From Escherichia phage YZ1, in the sequence record NC_047927.1: a stretch of DNA of 38,823 bases, one strand, 5' to 3'. A program made the translations under genes and the position numbers. The notes beneath the pieces are model-generated. The model was given only the letters and a program-made list of their open reading frames with translations. It did not search any database and was not told the origin of the DNA. Positions 1-7,156 of the stretch are shown one piece after another. The stretch's first letter is position 1. Each line of letters begins with the position of its first letter.

Positions 1-217
1 TCTCACAGTTCAAGAACCTCAAGTCTCCCCATAGGCCCTCTTTAAGTCCAGACCAAAGGCCCTACCCCAGTCTATCATAAGGCTGGACCGATGGTCAAGA
101 CGTTAGGTCAACGATAGGTCTAGGCTATGGCTGGAGGTCAGGACGATAGGTAGGGACTATGGGTCTGCCTCTGAGTCCCTATCTGTATAGTGATATAGTA
201 TAACCATAGGTCCTACA

Positions 218-302
218 ACCTACAGTCTAACTAACCTACAGTCTAACTAACCTACAGTATCAACCATAAGACACTCACACCCTACAGTCAAAGACCTACA
301 GT
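218..302. repeat. Left-end array of five CCTACAGT octamers (first two copies inside a tandem 16-bp unit ACCTACAGTCTAACTA)
   Basis: Direct reading: CCTACAGT at 219, 235, 251, 281 and 295. Analogous in position to the short repeat arrays next to the T7 terminal repeat. Confidence 0.8.
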
Positions 303-556
303 TAATAGACACAAAGCTATAGACTTAAGGTCAAGGACATGTTAGTCAAAGACTATATCCTATTACTCACCATGGGGCCGACGATAGCTTCATCAATATT
401 ATTTAAGATTACCTATCGACTACAGGTCCAGACTATGGCTTCATCGCTTCCGTCAACACGACACGGCAACAACCGGATAGTGAAGACGCCGGGTCATCCC
501 GGTTCAGTAGACAGCCTGATAAGTCATACGAACAACAGGCAGATGACAGAAAGTAG

Positions 557-593
557 TTGACAAGATGTACCGACTTAAAGTAGTATGTACCAC
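557..593 (+). promoter_or_regulatory. Host sigma70-type early promoter (T7 A3-like): -35 TTGACA, 18-nt spacer, -10 TAGTAT
   Basis: TTGACA at 557-562 and TAGTAT at 581-586; the flanking sequence (GTAGACAGCCTGATAAGTC upstream, GTACCACAT downstream, GCTCTTTAACAATCTGG further on) resembles the T7 early promoter region as I remember it. Confidence 0.6.
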
Positions 594-716
594 ATCAACA
601 CGAAACAACGGTGACGACCAACACTGAAATGGTCTACCTGAAGTCCTCTGACTGAAGGGAATGCTCTTTAACAATCTGGATAAACTCTTAATGTGCGCCG
701 ATAGCGACTAACTACA

Positions 717-746
717 GGGTCTTTGAGTCTACATCTGAAGGCCCTG
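717..746 (+). promoter_or_regulatory. Stem-loop in the early leader (AGGGTC ... GGCCCT), possible RNase III site analogous to T7 R0.3
   Basis: 6-bp stem with one G-U pair immediately upstream of the first early gene; layout resembles the T7 R0.3 region. Confidence 0.3.
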
Positions 747-777
747 ACTGATAGTCACTAACTAAAGGATAAACAAG

Positions 778-1302
778 ATGAAACTGATAGGCAAAGGCAC
801 GTTCACTAAGTGCTACCTGAAGGACTGCGGGAAGCGTGTAATTCTGGTCTCTTCAGACCCAATCAAGGAGTGTATGGCGTGGGGATGGTTCCCTGAGTCT
901 CCACTGTTCCCTGAAGTCAAGATGATTGAGGTGGGCACGTATGAGATGGACTACATGCCACCAACACGAGGACTCAAGGCGCATTTAGATGACGACCAGT
1001 GGCAACTCTATCAGGTGCTGCGAGATTGCTTCTCACGGTCTCCGGTATTCTCTCGACCTGCTGACCTGTATCACAAGTGGTACGAGATATTCCAAGCTGC
1101 ACACGACAGGTCTGAGACCGAGACTGTGCGGGAAGGTCTGATGGATGTACTGATGGCGCTGGACGCTTGCGCTAACTTCGGGTCTGACATTCAGTTTGAG
1201 ATAAGCCCACGAAATGTACGGGCTGTGAACGGCAAGCTGATACTAGTGGATTGTTTCTTCCTTGTGTCCAAGCTGCAAGAGGTGAGGGCGTCAAGATGGT
1301 AA
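778..1302 (+). CDS. gp0.7-like protein kinase-domain protein (174 aa, minimal, lacks the T7 C-terminal host shut-off domain)
   Basis: Glycine-rich loop LIGKGTFTKCY near the N-terminus and a C-terminal segment EISPRNVRAVNGKLILVDCFF that aligns with the catalytic/activation segment of T7 gp0.7 ([23 protein letters not shown], from memory). First gene after the early promoter. Confidence 0.5.
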   Translation: MKLIGKGTFTKCYLKDCGKRVILVSSDPIKECMAWGWFPESPLFPEVKMIEVGTYEMDYMPPTRGLKAHLDDDQWQLYQVLRDCFSRSPVFSRPADLYHKWYEIFQAAHDRSETETVREGLMDVLMALDACANFGSDIQFEISPRNVRAVNGKLILVDCFFLVSKLQEVRASRW

Positions 1303-1445
1303 CTTATGGTCTCTGCCAGCACCACGTCACCAACGCCCGGCTTATGGTCAAGACCGGGCAGTTAAACCACGATGCGACTATGCGCCACCTGAAAGCGGTC
1401 TACGAGGGCCGCAAGCGCATACACGACAGTTTGCACGCTAAGTGA
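1296..1445 (+). CDS. Hypothetical 49-aa protein, start overlapping the kinase stop (alternatively a frameshifted continuation of the kinase gene)
   Basis: ATG at 1296 overlaps the stop of the 778..1302 ORF; GGTGAGGG upstream; open frame to 1445. Confidence 0.25.
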   Translation: MVTYGLCQHHVTNARLMVKTGQLNHDATMRHLKAVYEGRKRIHDSLHAK

Positions 1446-1512
1446 TAAACGAGAGGTCATCTAACTGATAGGTGGCCTCAAAGATTACCACTTAAATTGA
1501 TAGGGGTTAACT

Positions 1513-1617
1513 ATGAGCACTGCAATCATCTGGACTATCTCAGGCTTCGTAGCGTGGGGAATGTTTACTCTAGTCTGCAAACTACCGGTCCTTACTCAAC
1601 TGTTATGGGGCTTATGA
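1513..1617 (+). CDS. Hypothetical 34-aa hydrophobic protein (MSTAIIWTISGFVAWGMFTLVCKLPVLTQLLWGL)
   Basis: ATG at 1513 preceded by AGGGG; single predicted transmembrane helix; its TGA stop overlaps the next ATG (ATGA coupling). Below the ORF-track size cutoff. Confidence 0.3.
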   Translation: MSTAIIWTISGFVAWGMFTLVCKLPVLTQLLWGL

Positions 1618-1817
1618 CTATGAGTCTTGCACTATTGATAGCCATAGGCTATGGACTTATCGCCTACGTGCTGGTGAGAGACACCAACAAGGCACGTAAA
1701 GTCTACAAATTCAACTACGTACGTCTGGGCCGCTGGACTGTACGCCAACCTAACGGACGATTCATGCGCAATTTAGCGAACGTCTGTGATATAGCAACTC
1801 TTGGGAGCAAACTGTAA
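1614..1817 (+). CDS. Hypothetical 67-aa membrane protein (N-terminal TM helix, basic C-terminus)
   Basis: In-frame part of ORF 1497..1817; ATG at 1614 overlaps the upstream stop; hydrophobic segment SLALLIAIGYGLIAYVLV. Confidence 0.35.
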   Translation: MTMSLALLIAIGYGLIAYVLVRDTNKARKVYKFNYVRLGRWTVRQPNGRFMRNLANVCDIATLGSKL

Positions 1818-2080
1818 TGAAAACCACCGTATACACTCATAAAACATCAAGCCGTAGACGCATGGAGCAAGTCCAGCGTGATGAGTTCTTACACCGTCGA
1901 ATGATGGCAGAGGGCCATAAGTCCGAACTGAAGTGTCTGGCGTATGGTGGACGACCAATCACCGACGATGGTAAACTTCTGGTATCAGGCTGGAAGGCGA
2001 TAGACCAAAGGTCAACCATCAAGCACACGACTCATGGTGACTTCAGTCATCTTCACGCTAACCCTCTGATATGCAAGTAA
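1817..2080 (+). CDS. Hypothetical early protein (87 aa)
   Basis: ORF with TAATG stop-start overlap with the preceding ORF; no recognisable motif. Confidence 0.45.
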   Translation: MKTTVYTHKTSSRRRMEQVQRDEFLHRRMMAEGHKSELKCLAYGGRPITDDGKLLVSGWKAIDQRSTIKHTTHGDFSHLHANPLICK

Positions 2081-2085
2081 TTCTG

Positions 2086-2108
2086 ACTTAACTATCACTA
2101 TAGGACTC
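2086..2108 (+). promoter_or_regulatory. Phage RNAP promoter upstream of the RNA polymerase gene
   Basis: TTAACTATCACTATAGGACTCA; matches the window consensus TAAACTATCACTATAGG with predicted +1 G at 2103. Confidence 0.7.
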
Positions 2109-2177
2109 AAGGTCTAAGACTCCAAGTGAAAGACCAAAGAGACTTTAAGTGAAAGACTAATAACAAGGACTTTAAGT

Positions 2178-4859
2178 ATGAGCGTCATCTCTATTGACAA
2201 ACACGACTTCTCTGATGTGTCGAACGCCATTGAGCCGTTTAACCTGCTGGCTGACCACTACGGGCAAGACCTTGCAGTCAAACAGCTTCAGCTTGAGCAC
2301 GAGGCATACACTGAAGGCGAGCGACGTTTCATCAAGAACCTTGAGCGCCAGACTGAGCGCGGGGAACTGGCAGACAATCAGGTCGCCAAGCCTTTGATGC
2401 AGACTCTGGTGCCTAAGATTGCGCAAGCAGTCAAGGAGTGGCACGAAGGCCAAGACGGGAAGCTGTCAACCTCTCGTCCTAGCGTAGCGTTCATCATGTT
2501 GAGCACTGAAGAGAAGGCCGTCAAGGACCGCTCTATGCGCATCTCCTGTGAGTCCGCTGCGGTTATCATACTCAAGGTCATACTCTCCAAGCTGGTCAAG
2601 CCTGAAGGGATACCGATTACACCGATGGCCTCCGCGATAGGTCGCACACTTGAGGACGAAATCCGCTTCGGTCGCATCCGTGACAAAGAGAAGGAGCACT
2701 TCAAGAAGGCGATAGCTGAGAACCTGAACAAGCGAGCTGGGGCATCCTACAAGAAAGCCTACATGCAAGCGGTCGAGGCGTCCATGCTGGAGCAAGGCCA
2801 ACTGGAAGATGCATGGGGGACTTGGAGTCCTACAGAGGCTGTCCACGTTGGCATCAAGATGCTCGAGATTGTCATCCAGTCAACACAACTGGTCGAGCTT
2901 AAGCGGTACGGTGCTGGTAATGCAGCGGCTGACGTAGAGATGGTCCACCTGTCAGACTTCTGGGTCAAGAAGATGACACAACGAGGATTCAGCCTTGCGG
3001 GTATCGCTCCAGTCTACCAGCCTTGCGTCGTTCCACCTAAGCCGTGGACTGGTGTCGTAGGTGGTGGGTACTGGGCCAAAGGTCGCAGACCGTTACCAGT
3101 GATTCGCTTAGGGTCTAAGTCTGCGGTAGCACGTTATGAAGACGTATACATGCCTGAAGTCTATGACGCTGTGAATATCATCCAGAATACACCATGGAAA
3201 GTGAACAAGAAGGTATTGGACGTGGTGAACATGGTCGAGAAGCTGAACAACACGCCTATTGACGACATCCCTCAGATGGAACCGCTGAAGCCTGAGGACT
3301 ATGCTGGTGAGACCGAGGAGGAACTCAAGGCATGGAAGAAGACTGCTGCTGGTATCTATCGCCGCGAGAAGGCCAGACAGTCACGCAGATTATCACTGAG
3401 CTTTATCGTTAACCAAGCAAACAAGTTCTCTCAGTTCAAGGCCATCTGGTTCCCGTACAACATGGATTGGCGAGGTCGTGTCTACGCTGTCCCGATGTTC
3501 AACCCTCAGGGTAACGACATGCAGAAGGGTCTCCTGACTCTGGCAGTCGGCAAGCCTATTGGTGCTGACGGTTTCAAATGGCTGAAGGTCCACGGTGCAA
3601 ACTGTGCGGGTGTCGATAAAGTCACCTTCGAGGAGCGCATCAAGTGGGTGGAAGACAACCACGAAAACATCATGGCTGCTGCTAAGGCACCGATGGATAG
3701 TATTGAGTGGTGGGGCAAGTTAGACTCTCCGTTCTGTTTCCTCGCGTTCTGCTTCGAGTATGCTGGCGTAATGCACCACGGCCTGTCTTACTCCTGCTCG
3801 CTGCCGATAGCGTTCGATGGGTCCTGCTCTGGTATTCAGCACTTCAGTGCGATGCTTCGTGACCACATCGGTGGACATGCAGTAAACCTGACGCCATCCG
3901 GTAAGGTACAAGACATCTACCGCATTGTGTCTGACCGCATTGAGGAGGAGCTTAAAGTCCTGCTGATTAATGGTACTGACAACGAGATGGTCACTCACGA
4001 GGATAAGAAAACTGGTGAGATTACCGAACGTATCAAGCTGGGGACACGAGAGCTGGCCCGTCAGTGGCTGCAATTCGGTATGTCTCGCTCGGTCACTAAG
4101 CGCTCGGTCATGACTCTGGCCTACGGGTCGAAAGAGTATGGGTTCGCCGACCAAGTGTTCGAAGACACCGTGATGCCAGCGATTGACTCCGGTAAGGGAG
4201 CTATGTTCACTGAACCAAGCCAAGCGTCTCGCTTCATGGCTAAGATGATTTGGGAAGCTGTGAGTGTGACCGTAGTTGCTGCGGTTGACGCGATGAAGTG
4301 GCTTCAAGGTGCTGCCAAGCTGCTGGCTGCTGAAGTGAAGGACAAGAAGACTGGAGAAATCCTGAAGCCTTGCCTTCCGGTACACTGGGTCACACCTGAT
4401 GGTTTCCCGGTCTGGCAGGAATACCGCAAGAAGGATACCACTCGTCTGAACCTGATGTTCTTAGGGTCATTCAATCTTCAGCCTACCGTCAACAGAGGTA
4501 CGAAGAAAGAGCTGGACAAGCACAAGCAGGAGTCAGGCATTAGCCCGAACTTCGTCCACTCACAAGATGGTAGCCACCTCCGCAAGACTGTAGTCCACAC
4601 TCACCGCAAGTATGGCGTGATGTCGTTCGCAGTGATTCACGATAGCTTCGGGACCATCCCGGCTGACGCTGAGTATCTGTTCCGTGGCGTCCGTGAGACG
4701 ATGGTCGAGACCTACCGAGACAACGATGTGCTGCTTGACTTCTACGAGCAGTTTGAATACCAGCTTCACGAGAGCCAGCGCGATAAGTTGCCAGAGCTTC
4801 CGAAGAAAGGTAAACTGAATATCGAAGACATCTTGTCTTCAGATTTTGCATTCGCTTAA
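2178..4859 (+). CDS. Single-subunit DNA-directed RNA polymerase (T7 gene 1 homolog, 893 aa)
   Basis: Full-length colinear similarity to T7 RNAP: N-terminal DFSD...IEPFNLLADHYG, conserved blocks such as VHWVTPDGFPVWQEY and PNFVHSQDGSHLRKTVV, and the C-terminal FAFA. Confidence 0.97.
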   Translation: MSVISIDKHDFSDVSNAIEPFNLLADHYGQDLAVKQLQLEHEAYTEGERRFIKNLERQTERGELADNQVAKPLMQTLVPKIAQAVKEWHEGQDGKLSTSRPSVAFIMLSTEEKAVKDRSMRISCESAAVIILKVILSKLVKPEGIPITPMASAIGRTLEDEIRFGRIRDKEKEHFKKAIAENLNKRAGASYKKAYMQAVEASMLEQGQLEDAWGTWSPTEAVHVGIKMLEIVIQSTQLVELKRYGAGNAAADVEMVHLSDFWVKKMTQRGFSLAGIAPVYQPCVVPPKPWTGVVGGGYWAKGRRPLPVIRLGSKSAVARYEDVYMPEVYDAVNIIQNTPWKVNKKVLDVVNMVEKLNNTPIDDIPQMEPLKPEDYAGETEEELKAWKKTAAGIYRREKARQSRRLSLSFIVNQANKFSQFKAIWFPYNMDWRGRVYAVPMFNPQGNDMQKGLLTLAVGKPIGADGFKWLKVHGANCAGVDKVTFEERIKWVEDNHENIMAAAKAPMDSIEWWGKLDSPFCFLAFCFEYAGVMHHGLSYSCSLPIAFDGSCSGIQHFSAMLRDHIGGHAVNLTPSGKVQDIYRIVSDRIEEELKVLLINGTDNEMVTHEDKKTGEITERIKLGTRELARQWLQFGMSRSVTKRSVMTLAYGSKEYGFADQVFEDTVMPAIDSGKGAMFTEPSQASRFMAKMIWEAVSVTVVAAVDAMKWLQGAAKLLAAEVKDKKTGEILKPCLPVHWVTPDGFPVWQEYRKKDTTRLNLMFLGSFNLQPTVNRGTKKELDKHKQESGISPNFVHSQDGSHLRKTVVHTHRKYGVMSFAVIHDSFGTIPADAEYLFRGVRETMVETYRDNDVLLDFYEQFEYQLHESQRDKLPELPKKGKLNIEDILSSDFAFA

Positions 4860-4873
4860 CAGGAGAGAGAGTT

Positions 4874-5089
4874 ATGAAATTTGCACACAAGCAGACTGGC
4901 GTTAAGGGTGGGACTCAAATCGTGACCGTAACAGAACACAACGGCAAGGGTCTGGTGAAGACCACGGTCATTCCTACCGAGATGTCAAAGCAGCTTAACG
5001 TCCCATTCAAGACCCTCGTCTATCTTGTGGAATCCAGCCACGAGAAATACCTGAAAGACGCAGTGACCAAGCTGGAGCAGACCAAATGA
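4874..5089 (+). CDS. Hypothetical protein (71 aa) immediately after the RNAP gene
   Basis: ORF with a good AGGAGAGAG SD 5-7 nt upstream of the ATG. Confidence 0.55.
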   Translation: MKFAHKQTGVKGGTQIVTVTEHNGKGLVKTTVIPTEMSKQLNVPFKTLVYLVESSHEKYLKDAVTKLEQTK

Positions 5090-5163
5090 CAGACCTACAG
5101 TTACTGGCCTTGTGGCTGGGAGCACTCGCAGTATTCACTTTAATCCAACGCAGAAGAGGTTAA

Positions 5164-5186
5164 CCTAAACTATCACTATAGGATTA
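5164..5186 (+). promoter_or_regulatory. Phage RNAP promoter (T7 phi1.1-like position)
   Basis: CTAAACTATCACTATAGGATTAG, predicted +1 G at 5181. Confidence 0.75.
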
Positions 5187-5226
5187 GACTCAAGGTCATG
5201 ACCCAAAGTCGTGGCCTTCATGATTA
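5185..5226 (+). promoter_or_regulatory. Conserved hairpin copy 1 (putative RNase III site, T7 R1.1 position)
   Basis: TAGACTCAAGGTCAT-loop-GTGGCCTTCATGATTA; AAGGUCAU pairs with GUGGCCUU including G-U pairs. Same motif recurs at 12045 and 35468. Confidence 0.6.
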
Positions 5227-5263
5227 ACCCTAACCTAGCGTAAACTACTGGAGATTTAACAAC

Positions 5264-5443
5264 ATGTATCAGAACACTATCAACTTCGAGCGCATCCGTG
5301 AACGTCAGAAGACTGAAGGTTACATTCCGAAGGGCCGCAAGCTGAATAAGACCAAGCGTGGCGGTGGTGTCAAGGGTGCTTTCCGTAACGCTGAAGGCAA
5401 AGACTCTATGGTCAACCGAGAGAAGTATTTCGTAGGAGCGTAA
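5264..5443 (+). CDS. gp1.1-like small basic protein (59 aa)
   Basis: Not in the ORF track (<60 aa). Contains KGRKLNKTKR, matching T7 gp1.1 as I remember it; SD GGAG upstream. Confidence 0.6.
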   Translation: MYQNTINFERIRERQKTEGYIPKGRKLNKTKRGGGVKGAFRNAEGKDSMVNREKYFVGA

Positions 5444-5446
5444 GAC

Positions 5447-5698
5447 ATGAGCAGACGTTGGGTATTCGATGCGTCCACCAGCCAGTGGTCATCGTTAGGC
5501 CGGACACACCGCGAGATGAGAGAGGCAGGACTTGAGGTCAGAATGGATGTCCTGCCGTGCTCCGGAAAGACTCTGGTCAGAGTAATTGAAGCAGATGGTG
5601 GGAGGCTTCTGGTCTCCAGAGAATTTACCGAAGATGAAATCTTTAGCTGTGAGCAATGGTGCTTACAACAATTGAACGCTTATAGGAGCTGGAAATAA
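5447..5698 (+). CDS. gp1.2-like protein (83 aa; T7 gp1.2 is a dGTPase inhibitor)
   Basis: Position between gene 1.1 and ligase; C-terminal ...YRSWK resembles the T7 gp1.2 C-terminus ...LKDWK. Assignment is mainly by synteny. Confidence 0.5.
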   Translation: MSRRWVFDASTSQWSSLGRTHREMREAGLEVRMDVLPCSGKTLVRVIEADGGRLLVSREFTEDEIFSCEQWCLQQLNAYRSWK

Positions 5699-6771
5699 TG
5701 ACTACGACTATTAAAACTAACCCGCACCGCGCTGTAGATTACTCTGAGTCTGGCGTTAAGAAGGCACTGGATGCTGCCGGGTCTCTCGAAGCTGAAGTGA
5801 AGTACGACGGTGTTCGGTTGAATCTTCCGGTCTTCCCTACTGGTGAGACTCAATGGTTGAGCCGTGAGTCTAAACCTCTCCCAGCCCTTGAGTGGCTGTC
5901 AGTCCTTACCAACATCGACAACATCGTCGGGGACCAGCAAAAAGCTAGCGACTGGCGGTGGTTCCTGAAGCAGGCTGGCTACGAAGGCACTGGTCTGATG
6001 ATTGACGGTGAGGTCATGGTAAAAGGAGTGGACTTCAATACGTCTTCAGGTCTCATCCGAACGAAGTGGGTAAAGCAAAAGAACTTTGAGTTTTCAACTG
6101 GTGAGCACTGGGGTAAGGACCGGACGAAAGAGAAGCTACCATTCTGTCTGGACCAGAGGTTCATCAAGGTGGTCGTCTACGGTATAGTGGACCTTAACGT
6201 CATCCTTGACCCGAAATCCGAAGGTCCTATTCATAGCGTCACACGCCTGAAGGCCGAAGCTATAGTCCCTCTCCTCCAGAAATACTTCCCTGAAATCGAC
6301 TGGGTTCTGTCTGAGTCACACACGGTCTATGACCTTGAGTCGCTCAACTCCCTGTACGAAGAGAAGCGGCTGGAAGGACATGAGGGTCTGGTAGTCAAGG
6401 ACCCGCTGGGTAAGTGGAAGCGTGGTAAGAAGTCAGGCATGTGGAAAATGAAGCCTGAGGATACCATTGATGGGACTGTGTGTGGACTCGTGTGGGGGAC
6501 TCCGGGTAAGGCTAACGAAGGTAAGATCATCGGCTTTGAGGTCCTACTGGAAGATGGCATGGTGGTTAACGCCTGCGGCCTGACTGAAGCTCAGAAGGAC
6601 GAGTTCACGGAAGCCTGTAACACTGACACATATATCCTTGGTGGTGTCAATCCTTACGAGGGCTGGCAGTGCGAAGTATCCTACATGGAGCGATTCCCTG
6701 ACGGCTCACTGCGTCACCCTAGCTTCAAGTGCTGGCGCGGGACGGAAGATAACCCGACCATTAAGAGCTAA
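5698..6771 (+). CDS. ATP-dependent DNA ligase (T7 gene 1.3 homolog, 357 aa)
   Basis: N-terminus IKTNP..AV closely matches T7 ligase; KYDGVR adenylation motif (motif I lysine). Confidence 0.93.
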   Translation: MTTTIKTNPHRAVDYSESGVKKALDAAGSLEAEVKYDGVRLNLPVFPTGETQWLSRESKPLPALEWLSVLTNIDNIVGDQQKASDWRWFLKQAGYEGTGLMIDGEVMVKGVDFNTSSGLIRTKWVKQKNFEFSTGEHWGKDRTKEKLPFCLDQRFIKVVVYGIVDLNVILDPKSEGPIHSVTRLKAEAIVPLLQKYFPEIDWVLSESHTVYDLESLNSLYEEKRLEGHEGLVVKDPLGKWKRGKKSGMWKMKPEDTIDGTVCGLVWGTPGKANEGKIIGFEVLLEDGMVVNACGLTEAQKDEFTEACNTDTYILGGVNPYEGWQCEVSYMERFPDGSLRHPSFKCWRGTEDNPTIKS

Positions 6772-6780
6772 CTAAATGTC

Positions 6781-6820
6781 AACCCAGTGGTCTCATGACT
6801 GCTGGGTTTCTTTGCTTTGT
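6781..6820 (+). terminator. Putative intrinsic terminator after the ligase gene (T7 TE position)
   Basis: 7-bp stem AACCCAG/CTGGGTT with a 15-nt loop, followed by TCTTTGCTTTGT. Confidence 0.4.
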
Positions 6821-6854
6821 GCTAACAAGCTATCGTCTGGGCCACCAGCTAGAC

Positions 6855-6877
6855 CCTAAGCTATCACTATAGGACAA
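6855..6877 (+). promoter_or_regulatory. Phage RNAP promoter (variant, G at -12)
   Basis: CTAAGCTATCACTATAGGACAAC, predicted +1 G at 6872. Confidence 0.65.
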
Positions 6878-6901
6878 CCATCAACAACCTAAGGAGACTC
6901 T

Positions 6902-7156
6902 ATGTCTAAGAACTTAATGTTCAACCGTTATACCGATACCTTCCACCTGTCCAACAACCCGTTCGCTTGCATTAAGCGCAACGAGAAGCTGGGCTACTTC
7001 GGGAAGGCCGTTAAGCTGTCACCTACAGTCTACGCTCTGATTACTCCGGGTAAAGCTGAAGAGGCCCGCCAGAAGCGTGAGACCAACGTACCCGTGGTCC
7101 ACACCAAGTGGCCTCGCGTTCGTCTGTTCGTTGAGGTCGTGAAGGAGATGTTCTGA
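6902..7156 (+). CDS. Hypothetical protein (84 aa; T7 gene 1.4-1.6 region)
   Basis: ORF after a phage promoter with AAGGAG SD; stop overlaps the next start (TGATG). Confidence 0.5.
   Translation: MSKNLMFNRYTDTFHLSNNPFACIKRNEKLGYFGKAVKLSPTVYALITPGKAEEARQKRETNVPVVHTKWPRVRLFVEVVKEMF

Noticed and set aside
186-205. TATAGTGATA, reverse complement of the promoter core, suggesting a minus-strand promoter
   Set aside because: The minus-strand sequence lacks the +1 GG and the upstream consensus, and no minus-strand genes exist.
218-302. Possibility that the left-end repeats are a CRISPR array
   Set aside because: Units are only 8-16 bp with irregular 6-20 bp spacing and lie in a phage terminal region; not CRISPR-like.
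3720-4385. 221-aa minus-strand ORF inside the RNA polymerase gene
   Set aside because: Antisense to a firmly identified gene, no start context, and the whole genome is otherwise transcribed left to right; typical spurious antisense ORF.
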